DNA from: a virus
Lineage: Duplodnaviria; Caudoviricetes
Virus record (IMG/VR): IMGVR_UViG_2974731583_000001
Location: 34,668 to 98,667 of that record
Direction: 5' to 3' (one strand)
Length of the DNA: 64,000 nucleotides
The notes beneath the pieces are model-generated. The model searched no databases. It was not told the origin of the DNA and saw only the letters and a list, made by a program, of their open reading frames with translations. The position numbers and the translations under genes were made by a program. Numbering within the stretch: position 1 is the stretch's first letter; each line of letters opens with the position of its first letter. Positions 1-10,488 of this stretch are shown here, piece after piece.

Positions 1-2
1 AC

Positions 3-929
3 GTATTAAATAGAATGAACAATACGTCAACCAACACAGAAGACACTACCGATACAGAGGAACACGAAGATGTTTCAGAAGAAGAGATAACTGAAGCTAA
101 TCAGGTTAGTACTCTGTTTGACGCAATCGGCGAGTCTATGGGTTGGAATATGGCGGAAATTGACGACAACGAAAAGCCAGTTACTGTAGACGAACTTACT
201 TATTATCTACAAGAAGTAGTAAAACAAAACTCAATTCCTGACTATGGCGACGATCGAGTTCGTCAGCTTGATGAATACGTTAAGAATGGTGGTAAGTTCG
301 AAGACTTTTATCAAAAATAGCAACAGGCTATTTCTATCGACAACCTCGACATGGATGACGAAGCTAATCAAAAGGCAGTAGTTCGCGAGCTTCTACAGCG
401 TAGCGGCTATACTGAAGATCAGATTAACAATAAAATTAATCGTTATCTTGATGCTGATATGCTTGTAGAGGAGTCTGAAGACGCATTAGAACGCCTTAAA
501 CACATTCGTGAAAACGAAATAGAGCAGCAACGTTTACAACAAGAACAGATTGCTAAACAGCAAGAAGAGAACTCTCGTAAGTTCTTTGATGACGTTACGT
601 CAACAATAAACCAGCTTACTAATATTCGTGGTATTCCGATTCCAAAGGAGGATCGTAAATCTCTATTGGACTATATATTCAAAGTAGACCAGAATGGAGA
701 AACACAATATCAGAAAGACTTTAATGAAAATCTTGCTAAAAATCTAATTGAGTCGGCTTACTTTACAATGAAGGCTGATCAATTTGTTTCTAATGCAAAA
801 AAGACTGGTGAAACATCCGCTGCAGAAAAACTTAGAAAAATGTTAAGACATACGACTAAAAATCACAGTTCGTATAATGTCAATGAAAAACAAAAGTCAG
901 TTATAGACCTTGCGTCAGGACTATTTTGA
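3..929 (+). CDS. Acidic/coiled-coil structural protein upstream of MCP (putative capsid scaffold); 5'-truncated, one in-frame TAG at 318-320
   Basis: Track ORFs 15..320 and 351..929 are in the same frame and are joined by TAG plus QQAISIDNLD (FYQK*QQAISIDNLDMDDE). The frame is open to the window edge and ends in TGA. Position just before MCP is typical of crAss-like phages. Confidence 0.75.
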
Positions 930-954
930 CATTCAAAATTAATCAAAATTATAT

Positions 955-2478
955 ATGAATAACAGTTTACTTAATAATCTCCAGCTTTATCGCGGAAAAC
1001 GTTTTAGCGACCTGGTAGATGAAAACATGATTTCTAACGCATTGCTTACAAAGCCCCACGAAGTAGCAGGTCTTCTGTCTCTCGTATTTGGTACAAAGGA
1101 CGACGGTGTTTCTACCGCAATCGATCTTATCACTGGTGGTCTTGGTAAAACAATGATTATTGATAACCGCGAGTATGAATGGTCAGTACAGATTGATGGT
1201 GATCACGCTGTAAATATTCGTTGGGCAAAGTGTGATGGCGCTGAAATCACTAGCGCAAACTACTCTACAGTAACTCCAGGTATGAATGGCACACCTATTT
1301 ATATCGGTTTGGAAGAGCGTTGGTTTGGTCCTGGTGCAATCCTCTCATTCGACGATATTAACTTCCAGGTTCGCATCAATGGTATGCCTTACCAAGATGG
1401 TTCTACTTGGGTATATGAGTGCTATGTAGCAGATGGTTTCTCTGGTTCTTATATTCCTGGTGAGTTCCTTCTCCCTGGTCGTCAGGTAAGCCGTATCGGT
1501 TCTGCATATGAGGAGTACAGTGATGAGGCAGATATCATCAACTATCAGACTCCATTTAAGATGCGCAATAACCTCATGACAATGCGTCTTACTTACGATA
1601 TCACTGGTGATGCTTATTCTACAGTACTTGCTATTGCTCTTACTGATCCCGAAACAGGTAAGAAGAGCTACTTGTGGTCAGACTACCAGTATTGGAAGGC
1701 TCTCCGTGAGTGGAAAAAGCGTGAAGAGTATCAGCTGCTCTTTGCTAAGTCAAACCGTAACGCTGATGGTACATACAACTTGAAGGGTACTAACGGTCGT
1801 CCCGTTGCAATCTCTGCAGGTCTGTTTGAGCAGATTAGCCCAGCAAACGTTCGTTATTACACAACTCTTACAGCTGAGTTGCTCGAGGATTATCTCTTCG
1901 ACCTGTGTTATAACATTCTTGGTACAAACGAGCGTAAGTTCATGGCACTGACTGGTGAAATGGGTATCCGTGAGTTTGACCGTATCCTGAAGGAGAAAGT
2001 TGCTAGCTTCAACCTTATCGATACTACATTTGTTACTGGTTCTGGTCAGAACCTTACACTTGGTGGTCAGTTCACAACCTATAAGATGACAAACGGCATT
2101 GAGCTTACACTTAAGCGCTGTGCACTGTTTGACAACATGGAAATGTTCCGTCAGCTTCATCCTCTGACAGGTAAACCACTTATGTCTTATACATTCCTCT
2201 TCGTAGACCTCGGTTCACGTGATGGTCAGGCTAACGTTGTAAAGGTTTGTCGTAAGGGTCGTGAGTTTGTTCAGTGGTGCACTGGTGGTTCTGTTTTGCC
2301 TACTGGTTATGCAAACAACGTTAACACCATGCGTTCTAACAGCCGTGACGGTTACCAGGTACACTTCCTCGGTGAGGAGGGTATTATGTTGCGCAACCCA
2401 TTGTCTTGTGGTGTTCTGTATTGTGATGCAGAAGATACCGAGATGAAGAACGACGGTTCAGCAATGATTGGTGCGTAA
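955..2478 (+). CDS. Major capsid protein (crAss-like, HK97 fold), 507 aa
   Basis: Size, position, crAss-type MCP sequence (LFEQISPAN...L..YL; SNSRDGYQVHFLGEEGIMLRNP) and strongly biased high-expression codon usage. No TAG codons. Confidence 0.92.
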   Translation: MNNSLLNNLQLYRGKRFSDLVDENMISNALLTKPHEVAGLLSLVFGTKDDGVSTAIDLITGGLGKTMIIDNREYEWSVQIDGDHAVNIRWAKCDGAEITSANYSTVTPGMNGTPIYIGLEERWFGPGAILSFDDINFQVRINGMPYQDGSTWVYECYVADGFSGSYIPGEFLLPGRQVSRIGSAYEEYSDEADIINYQTPFKMRNNLMTMRLTYDITGDAYSTVLAIALTDPETGKKSYLWSDYQYWKALREWKKREEYQLLFAKSNRNADGTYNLKGTNGRPVAISAGLFEQISPANVRYYTTLTAELLEDYLFDLCYNILGTNERKFMALTGEMGIREFDRILKEKVASFNLIDTTFVTGSGQNLTLGGQFTTYKMTNGIELTLKRCALFDNMEMFRQLHPLTGKPLMSYTFLFVDLGSRDGQANVVKVCRKGREFVQWCTGGSVLPTGYANNVNTMRSNSRDGYQVHFLGEEGIMLRNPLSCGVLYCDAEDTEMKNDGSAMIGA

Positions 2479-2506
2479 TCTCAATATAAACAATAATGTT
2501 CGAGCT

Positions 2507-2523
2507 GGGGCATTTTGCCCCAG
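2507..2523 (+). promoter_or_regulatory. GC-rich hairpin after MCP (CTGGGGCA-TTT-TGCCCCAG style); possible mRNA stabiliser or partial terminator
   Basis: Inverted repeat ctggggc/gccccag in the MCP 3' intergenic region. No clear U-tract. Confidence 0.5.
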
Positions 2524-2556
2524 TGTACGACATTACAACATACTAATTAAATAATT

Positions 2557-3309
2557 ATGGTAGTTGAATTAAAAATTAAAAAGAAAAATCCCTGGGCGGG
2601 TTTGATTAAATATAAGAGTTGTTTTGATTATATCGCTCCTTATTTTACTCGTTCTGGTTCGATTTATACGGGACTCACCCCAGAAGATGAGAAATATTTT
2701 GAAAAAGCTTTGGGTTATGAGGAAGGTCATCTTTCTAAAACAAGCGACTTTTGGACAACATTCTGTGTAAAGATTGGTGCAAAGACTCTTCTTTTAGATG
2801 ATTCTATTCCTCGTCAAGCAATGATTATTAAATTCCTTAGCGGTCACAAGCGCGTATCAACATCTTTAGATAAGCTTGATGCAGGTAAGGATTATCTGTT
2901 GATTAATCGTGAAGCAGAGGCTATTGAAGCTAACAAGCTCAACAAGCTTCGTCGTGATGCAATTAAAGAGTTTGATAAGATGTCTATTGATCAGATGCGC
3001 AAGTGTCTTAGAATCTATGGTGTTAAGAGTGATACAATGTCTAATGAACTTGTAGAGTCTACTTTGTTTGGATTCGTAGACAAGAATCCTAAAAAGTTCT
3101 TTACTAAGTGGGTCAACAATAAGACCAAAGATACAGAGTATATTCTTGAAGCAGCTATTGCAAAAGGTGTTATTCGTAAAGATAAGACTCATTATTTCTA
3201 CGGCAGCGACATGTTTGCAGATTCGTTAGAAGATGCTATTGCATATTTGGACTCAAAGAAGAATCAAGACCTTAAGCTTTCAATAATTAACGAAACAAAC
3301 AATAAGTGA
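2557..3309 (+). CDS. Conserved crAss-like protein downstream of MCP (gene 75-like), 250 aa
   Basis: Clean ORF in the conserved position after MCP. Confidence 0.7.
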   Translation: MVVELKIKKKNPWAGLIKYKSCFDYIAPYFTRSGSIYTGLTPEDEKYFEKALGYEEGHLSKTSDFWTTFCVKIGAKTLLLDDSIPRQAMIIKFLSGHKRVSTSLDKLDAGKDYLLINREAEAIEANKLNKLRRDAIKEFDKMSIDQMRKCLRIYGVKSDTMSNELVESTLFGFVDKNPKKFFTKWVNNKTKDTEYILEAAIAKGVIRKDKTHYFYGSDMFADSLEDAIAYLDSKKNQDLKLSIINETNNK

Positions 3310-3332
3310 TTTAATCACAAAACATATGAGAT

Positions 3333-4217
3333 ATGACGCATAAAGACATATATACTAAATTCATGATAGAATATGACAAGGCTAATCTTACTTCGTCATA
3401 TCCATCGTTAACAGAATATGAGGTTGCTACCGTTCTTGATAAAGCGTATAATGCACTAATTGCACAAAAGATTACAGGAAACAATTATCGTAGATCTACT
3501 CTCGAATCTGACATAAAATCTACTGCTGATTTAGAGCCGCTTATTCGTAGAAAGAAGATGACTGCTAAAACGCTGAGAGATTTGAACGTAATGTACGCCG
3601 ATCAGCCAGAAAACATGCTGTATTATATTGAAGCGTTGCTCTATACTAATGGGATTACTCTAAATAAAGATACTAAGGATGCAAATCAGTCTTACGATCC
3701 ATATGACGGAATTACACTAAGAACAATGCCAACGCAGCTTGTTACGCACAAAGCGGCTGAAAAGTTTATAGTAAGTTCTTCTAATCTACCATGGGTAAAG
3801 AATCCAGTATGCTATTTGGAAAACAACAAAATATTCTTTGTGTATGACCCAATAAATAAACCAGCGTTACGTAATTCAGAAACAGGTTTAAATGAAAACA
3901 ATCAATCTACTCCTGTTGTAACAGCTTCGCTACAAAACGACGAAGATAATCCATACGTAGATGGCGGTCAATATGGAGACTTTGAGATTGTATATATAAA
4001 AACTCCAAATAAGTTTGTAAAAGACCTACAAAATCCACAAACAGGTTGGGTTAGTTATTTTGATTGGTCTACTGCTGAAACTCCCGATGCGTATAAATTT
4101 GAGTGCAATGAAACAATGGCAGAAGAGCTTATAAGTCTTGCAGTAATGTTTGCGTTGGAGAATGTAGAGTCTCAAAGACTTGGTACTAAACTTAATATGA
4201 GAGGACTTGAAGCATGA
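3333..4217 (+). CDS. Putative tail ring / head-tail connector protein, 294 aa
   Basis: N-terminal pattern (F.IEYDK......P.L..YE....LDKA) and C-terminal (C.....EELI.LAV..ALEN.ES.R) are shared with the paralogous ring genes that follow. Confidence 0.65.
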   Translation: MTHKDIYTKFMIEYDKANLTSSYPSLTEYEVATVLDKAYNALIAQKITGNNYRRSTLESDIKSTADLEPLIRRKKMTAKTLRDLNVMYADQPENMLYYIEALLYTNGITLNKDTKDANQSYDPYDGITLRTMPTQLVTHKAAEKFIVSSSNLPWVKNPVCYLENNKIFFVYDPINKPALRNSETGLNENNQSTPVVTASLQNDEDNPYVDGGQYGDFEIVYIKTPNKFVKDLQNPQTGWVSYFDWSTAETPDAYKFECNETMAEELISLAVMFALENVESQRLGTKLNMRGLEA

Positions 4218-5035
4218 CACTAGAACAAACACGATTATTAGGTATTGAATTCGAAAGACGAATACAAACCATGATACCAGATAGAGAGCTTGAAAAACTT
4301 GATACAGAAACAATATATTCGTTTCTAAATCAGTATCAAGATAAGTATGTCCACGATATATACAGAAATCTTGACAAAATTCCATCTGGTACTAAGCTGT
4401 CTGCACATGTTGAGTCTGTACTACAAGCGATGATTAAAACTGAAGATATTTCGATCGATGCTTCTGGTGTAGTAAACAATACAAGTAGTATTACTGATCC
4501 AAATGGGGTTACTATATCAAATACAGGTCGTTCTGTAACATATCCTCTTAGCGAGCAGTTCTATATGTATATTAGAAGTGTATCTAAGGTATCAAGTTCC
4601 TTTAGCTTTAGATCTGCAAAAACTGGTAATGCTACATCAATTCGCGTATTGCCAAATCAACTTGTATCACAAACAGACGTATGGAAGCTTATTGAAACTC
4701 CACATGATAGTTTACGTATAATGAGATATCCTGCTGCAGTATTAAATAAGTACGCTGGAACTAAACCTACTATTACAGTACTTTACGACCAGTATACAAA
4801 GCCAGAAGGTATTTCAATAGTATACTATTCAGAGCCAGCACATTTTGATCTTATGTCATCTACTCCATGCGAATTACCAATGGATGTGTTTGAAGATATT
4901 GTATCTGGTGCAGTTGATTTGTATGTACAGTATGCAGCTGGTGCAGAAGCAAATAAACGCAGACAAGACGAAGCTGTACGTAAACAGCAGCAACAAGAAC
5001 AAGCCAACAGAAGAAATAATAACGACGAAGATTAA
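4214..5035 (+). CDS. Putative tail ring protein, 273 aa
   Basis: ATGA overlap with the previous gene. Paralogous pattern (I..FLNQ.QDKYV; Y...P; CELP...EDIV..AV). Confidence 0.65.
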   Translation: MTLEQTRLLGIEFERRIQTMIPDRELEKLDTETIYSFLNQYQDKYVHDIYRNLDKIPSGTKLSAHVESVLQAMIKTEDISIDASGVVNNTSSITDPNGVTISNTGRSVTYPLSEQFYMYIRSVSKVSSSFSFRSAKTGNATSIRVLPNQLVSQTDVWKLIETPHDSLRIMRYPAAVLNKYAGTKPTITVLYDQYTKPEGISIVYYSEPAHFDLMSSTPCELPMDVFEDIVSGAVDLYVQYAAGAEANKRRQDEAVRKQQQQEQANRRNNNDED

Positions 5036-5037
5036 TT

Positions 5038-5724
5038 ATGAGGTGTGTTGATTTAATTGCAGCTTTTGAATTGGAGATAAACAAGATTGATGATACAATT
5101 CAAAAACCTGTAACAGACGATTCACTGTATTGGATTAATCAAGCTGTTATGAAGTTTGTAAAAGATAGATTTAACGGAAATGCTCCAAAACGTACATCAT
5201 ACGAGCAAAACGAAAAACGTACTAGAGATCTAATTAAACTCCTTAAGGAAGAAAAGAAAGAGACTCCGGAAGTTATTCCGCATGTAAACTATGATGAATA
5301 CGAATATGATTATCCAACAGATATGATGTTTGTATTAAACGAAGATGTTGTAATATCCGATATGAACGGCGAACACCAAATGGACACATGTATTTTTGAG
5401 TGTACTGCCGATAGTTTTATGTACAGAATTAACAATTCTCTTACAGACTTTCATTATAGATATCATAGAGCTCGTCCGTTAAGAATCAGGACAAACGATG
5501 GTTTTCGTCTGTTGACAGATAAAAAGTATAAAATTGATTCTTACACGGTAGGATATTTAAAGGTTCCTACTGAAATAACAAATGAAAATCCTTTAACTGA
5601 GTACAACGATTTTGAAGATCATATATGGTTTGAAATCACTAAGATTGCAGCGCAGATGTATATAGAGAATCAATCCGACCCGCGCTATAAAACCATCACA
5701 AACGAAGTACTCACACAAGAATAA
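5038..5724 (+). CDS. Putative tail ring protein, 228 aa
   Basis: Paralogous pattern (WINQAV.KFVK.RF; YEQNEKRT.DL..L; YLK.P; EITKIA..M..EN..DPRY). Confidence 0.65.
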   Translation: MRCVDLIAAFELEINKIDDTIQKPVTDDSLYWINQAVMKFVKDRFNGNAPKRTSYEQNEKRTRDLIKLLKEEKKETPEVIPHVNYDEYEYDYPTDMMFVLNEDVVISDMNGEHQMDTCIFECTADSFMYRINNSLTDFHYRYHRARPLRIRTNDGFRLLTDKKYKIDSYTVGYLKVPTEITNENPLTEYNDFEDHIWFEITKIAAQMYIENQSDPRYKTITNEVLTQE

Positions 5725-5737
5725 GTTTAATTTTAAC

Positions 5738-5786
5738 GTGGAAACCCCAGCCAGTTAGGTCTGGCATTTAAGTATAGGGGGAGTAG
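5738..5786 (+). promoter_or_regulatory. Structured 5' leader of the auxiliary capsid gene
   Basis: CCCC...GGGG outer stem enclosing a GCCAG-ttaggt-CTGGC hairpin in an otherwise AT-rich spacer. Confidence 0.4.
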
Positions 5787-5802
5787 AAAAAATTATTTAA
5801 AT

Positions 5803-6819
5803 ATGGTTACATTTGTAAGCAAGGTGTTTGTTAGTAATGGAAATAACAGCGCCCTGGCAACAGCCCCTGCCAGCATTAAAAAGGGCCAGTTCATCGTATA
5901 CGATGTAGATGCAGCTAAGTACACAATCGACGCAGATACAAAGCGTTTCAAGATTGGTATGGGTAGCGGCAAGTCAGTAAAAGATCACAAAGGTGTTTCA
6001 CATCCTGAGATTAAGTGGTCTAACATTATCCAGGCTGACGATATTCGTAGTATTAACGTTCTTGCATATAAGGCAGACACAGAGGAAGCTGTAAAGATCG
6101 ACTTCACAAAGATCAATGCAGCTGTACTTAAGCTTCTCGCTGTAGGTGGAAAGCGTATAATTGTTCGTCTTACTTTCAAAGATCTGCCCACACGCTTCCG
6201 CAAGTGGACTGAGAGCTATGAGTATGTAACACTTCCTGGTGATACTGCTGCTACTATTTCAAAGAACATTGCTGATCTTATTAACAAGCAGTGGAAGCGT
6301 GCTCGTGTAGTTGCTACAGATGCTGCTGGTGTTATTACTCTTACAGCAATGCCTTATGATGATGACGATTCAGTAGATACACTGAACGTTGCTAATAAGG
6401 TTCGTTTCAACGCTAACGTTTATTATACCGATCCCGCTGCTGAAGGTTGGGAATCACTCAATAAGCATTATCCTACTGGCGTAACTATCGAGAAGACTCC
6501 TGGTACACAGTATGCAGCTTCTGCTAAGCTTGTACGTGACCGTGAGGCTTGGAGCATGGGTTACGATGGTATCCTGAACCGCGGTGAAGGTACTTGGCCA
6601 ATCATCAAGCCTGCTATGGAAACTAAGCTCGATGGTCAGTATAATGCAATCAACATTGAGTTCGAAAATGCTTATCGTGCTGCTGACGATATCGTTCGTA
6701 AGACCAAGCAGAATGTTGAGATTTACACTACTGGAGCTACAAACATTATTACAGATCTTATCGCTAAGATTGGTACTCCAGAAGCTGCTAGTGTTACTAC
6801 ACACAATAACGGCGATTGA
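5803..6819 (+). CDS. Putative auxiliary capsid (decoration) protein, 338 aa
   Basis: Same high-expression codon bias as MCP, TAG-free. Size and composition fit the crAss auxiliary capsid protein. Confidence 0.65.
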   Translation: MVTFVSKVFVSNGNNSALATAPASIKKGQFIVYDVDAAKYTIDADTKRFKIGMGSGKSVKDHKGVSHPEIKWSNIIQADDIRSINVLAYKADTEEAVKIDFTKINAAVLKLLAVGGKRIIVRLTFKDLPTRFRKWTESYEYVTLPGDTAATISKNIADLINKQWKRARVVATDAAGVITLTAMPYDDDDSVDTLNVANKVRFNANVYYTDPAAEGWESLNKHYPTGVTIEKTPGTQYAASAKLVRDREAWSMGYDGILNRGEGTWPIIKPAMETKLDGQYNAINIEFENAYRAADDIVRKTKQNVEIYTTGATNIITDLIAKIGTPEAASVTTHNNGD

Positions 6820-6821
6820 TT

Positions 6822-7535
6822 ATGAAAATCAGAATAGGAAACGATATATGTGCCCGTGTAACTATTTAGTTACAGGGATATGATGTTGTAAATATACAAT
6901 CTATCAAAGCTTGTATAATCAACAAAACGAAGAAGGCTGAAATCGAAAACGATTGGAAAAATAAGTCTCGCTTTATTGGTCGATTTCCTATTGAACCTTT
7001 TACAGATGAATATCTACCTACGGCATACGATATAAATTCAAGTGGGTATCCTTAGTATTTTGCTACCGTACCACATCGGTATAACGGATTTGGTGTGTAT
7101 CCAGACTGGACACACCTTTTCCCAAAAGCCGAATTGAATGTTACCGAATACATGGCGCAGGTTCGTCGTACAAACGATCCTAATATAATAGATGTACTAT
7201 TTCCAGCTAGTGCGTAGCTGTATACCGGAGAATACAAAATAATACTTGTACTTGGTGTATATTCTCCTGGTTATAACCAAAACAACATACGCACTATTTC
7301 TGTAGACTATGACAACGCTTTTGAGTTGGTGTCTTCTACCGAGGATGCTGATGCAGGAAGCTCAGCCATAATAACCATAGACGGTATAAACGACCCAAGT
7401 TTTTGGGATAGTCCGGAAGATATTTATACAAATTCTGGAGAATACAAGAGTGGGTATCTTAATCTTAATCTTACTAACGGCAATAAGGTCAATGTTGACA
7501 TGAGCAGTATAGATAAATGGTACGAGGGGGATTGA
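6822..7535 (+). CDS. Putative tail/fibre-adaptor protein, 237 aa, 3 in-frame TAG
   Basis: Starts MKIRIGNDI (common N-terminus of Bacteroidota phage tail-associated proteins). Frame is interrupted only by TAG and joins track ORF 7326..7535. Confidence 0.6.
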
Positions 7536-7537
7536 CT

Positions 7538-7813
7538 ATGGAAAAATGGAAAGATATTGTACAATATGGTACCGCTGTAGCATCAATGGCCAGCGGAATC
7601 GTGTTAGCTAATTTCAACTATTTTAATTCTGGAGATATTGCTAGCGGAGTGCTTGGATATGTTGCACAAACATTAATATATGCTGGCAGTATATTCGGAG
7701 TTACTATGTATTGGAATAGTAAATACGGAGAGTTAAAATCAGTAATATAGCACAATAGGAAAGATGATAATACCAACATACCCGTTGGTAACGAAGATAA
7801 AACGGCTAATTAA
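7538..7813 (+). CDS. Putative holin, 91 aa with TAG 7748-7750 read through
   Basis: Two hydrophobic segments (YGTAVASMASGIVLANF; VLGYVAQTLIYAGSIFGVTMYW). Readthrough adds a hydrophilic charged C-tail ending at TAA 7811-7813. Confidence 0.65.
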
Positions 7814-8423
7814 GGCATTTTTAGGCCTTTCTGTCGTATTTTTAGTGGGTTGGGGTATAACACTCCATAAACAGAATAAAAAGCTGTCAGAGAGCCTAGA
7901 AATGGCTTAGAACAACATTGAGGCCTATTAGGGTTCCATCGCGGGATCTTAGTAGGCCAATAATGTTTTAAGACTAGACATAGCTTCGTTACAACAACAA
8001 AACGATAAACTGCTGCATGATATAGACAGCGTAAGTAAAAAACTTAAAATAAAATCAAAACAAATTAATACAGCCGCAACTCAAACGCAATCCATAAACG
8101 TTAATAAGAGTAAGGGGGTAAGGGGGGATATATAGACTATATTATATAAAGATAGTATATATAAAGATAGTATATCATATAATGATCTTACTACTGTATA
8201 CTATACTATAGGAAAAGATACCGTGAATGTTGCGTTAGATATACAAAACACACAGTATCTTTTTGTATATAGCACTAAAGAGTATAAAAACAAGAAAAGC
8301 TTCCTTAAACGTCTATTTACATTGGATTTTAAAAAAGTGCATAGAGATACGTATCGTATAGAGAACACAAACGAATTATTGCGTACATCTGACGTTAGGG
8401 TAGTAAAAACAACAAGTAAATGA
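7764..8423 (+). CDS. Putative spanin (i-spanin-like; N-terminal TM then coiled coil), 219 aa, 5 in-frame TAG
   Basis: MIIPTYPLVTKIKRLIKAFLGLSVVFLVGWGITLH TM anchor followed by a coiled coil. TAGs at 7908, 7929, 7950, 7953, 8133. Joins track ORF 8223..8423. Overlaps the holin end. Confidence 0.6.
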
Positions 8424-8424
8424 T

Positions 8425-9153
8425 ATGAAGAAGATTTCACTAAAAGAAATAACAGACGATATTCTTCTAATTGTACGCAACAATAATATTAGTGAAAGTG
8501 AAGACCTATCAAGGGCTCAAATACACGCCTGGGTACATCATTATGCGCATTAGTTGTGGAAAGCTGAGAAAGATCGTAGAAAAGCGTTAGCTAGACAAGG
8601 CAATTTAACATGGGAAGACTTAGTCGACGATGAGTTTATAAAAAAGATTGAGTCTGGACCACTAGAGTTGGAAGATATAGAATCTCATAGCAACATGCCA
8701 GTGTTTACAAAACGTATAAAAGAACCTCTTAAGGATGTACTCGATAACGATGAGAAGAGTATACTTGCGGTACATGATCAGCAAGGTGAAGTAATACAGT
8801 ATATGAATCATATTCGTAGACACTACCACAACTGGCGTAGATACACTTATGGTGATCTTACGGCATACTATGATGATGGATATGTGTATGTACAAGGTAT
8901 TGTTGACGGTAACGATCTACGCTATATATACGTATTGTGGTTACAAGAAGAAGATGTAGACAAAGATCCTGATGATGGAAATGAAGATCCAGATGAGGAC
9001 GATGTTAAATATCCAGCGTGGCTTGTACCAGACATAAAAGCATTGATAATGAAGAATGAACTTTCATTTATGTTAGGACGTCCAAGTGACGATAGCAACA
9101 ATGCTACACTGGCAAGCGTTAAACCACACGGTCCACAAGACGAAGAAGAATAA
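8425..9153 (+). CDS. Putative tail ring/structural protein, 242 aa, 1 in-frame TAG (8551)
   Basis: Starts MKKISLKEITDDILLIVRNNNISESEDLSRAQI 1 nt after the previous stop and joins track ORF 8554..9153. Confidence 0.65.
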
Positions 9154-9590
9154 TGAATAAATCGTATACGTTTAGGGATATGTATAAAACAATTGGCGCA
9201 GAGGTACCATACAAGCTCTATACGGCAATTCTACACGCAATGTGTTAGATTATACTAGAACACGTATTAGAGCGCTCAGAAGGCTTTAAAATGCCTTATG
9301 GGCTTGGTTTTATACAAGTGGGTAAGTATCTACCTAAACAATTAACTCCAAAATCACTATCAATAGACTACAAAGCCACTCGAGAATATGGTAAAAAAAT
9401 ATACCATTTAAACGAACATTCTGATGGGTATAAATACAGACTATACTGGTCTAAGATACCACAGACATTCCCAGATAGATACAAATATCAATTATCGTTC
9501 GTAAGACAAAATAAAAGGAGATTGGCAAAGTTAATATTTGATAAAAAAGACTACTTAGATATAAATGATATACAAATATACAAAATGTGA
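9153..9590 (+). CDS. IHF/HU-like DNA-binding protein of the crAss tail module, 145 aa, 1 in-frame TAG
   Basis: TAATG overlap. GFKMPYGLGFIQV resembles the IHF/HU GxF-type arm motif. Sits directly before the tail tube gene, as in crAss-like phages. Confidence 0.65.
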
Positions 9591-10488
9591 ATCCGTAATA
9601 GCAAAGATTATGGCAGATATGGATTCAACGGAGGTGCGGTAGCGTGTAACTGACATTAAAGAGTGGATTTTTGAAGCTGTTGAACGTATTGGTGCTCCTA
9701 TGCAGTATGCGACAAAAGAGTCTGGTGTAGATTCTCCAATACTAAAAATACAAGATTATCAAGTACCACTACCTGCAGATTTACATTCGCTTGAAGGCGT
9801 GGCATATTCATCAAACGAAAACGGCCCGTGGAGACCAATGGACAAGTCTACTTCAATGATACATCAACACAAAGACATAAAGAAGAGACCTCCATTCCCA
9901 CATAATCCACAGATACCTCATGATGAGAACAATAAGGCTATAGACGTACATGTAGTCGATGTACACGAACATCAACCAGAAGCAAAGAAAGCGATTACGT
10001 CATAGTCACAATTTTACACTCAGAACTTCATGAAATACGTAGATAAAGTAAACCCATATGAAGTTCCAGAGTATTTTATAAAACCAGGCTGGATAGTAAC
10101 AAATGTGAATAAAGGTTACATCAAGCTTATATACAAAACAATTCTCACAGACGAAAGAGGTTATCCTTTAATTCCGGACTTAGTATCGTACCAAGAAGCA
10201 TTATACTGGTATGTACTAATGAAATTAAGTTTTGCAAAGTGGATGAAAGGAACTCTTGGAGGAAAAGGAGTAAATGCTGGTCAAAATATGTATACGTTTA
10301 TACATCAGCAATGGAACTTTTACCGCAATTAGGCTTATGCAGAAGCAATGATGCCTACTACAGACGATATGCGTAACATAAAGAACCAGTGGAATAAATT
10401 AATACCCGATTGGGAAGAAGATAAACATTTCTTCTCTACTATCGGAAAAGAAGAAATAACCTATAACGACTATTACCATGGATATTAA
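9565..10488 (+). CDS. Tail tubular protein (Ttub), 307 aa, 3 in-frame TAG
   Basis: MIYKYTKCESVIAKIMAD...DIKEWIFEA; TDERGYPLIPD..SYQEALYWY; WNFYRN*AYAEAMMP. Joins track ORFs 9700 and 10030. Confidence 0.8.

Noticed and set aside
8148-8175. Short tandem repeat aaagatagtatat x2
   Set aside because: It simply encodes KDSIYKDSI, a low-complexity beta-strand repeat within the spanin-like gene.
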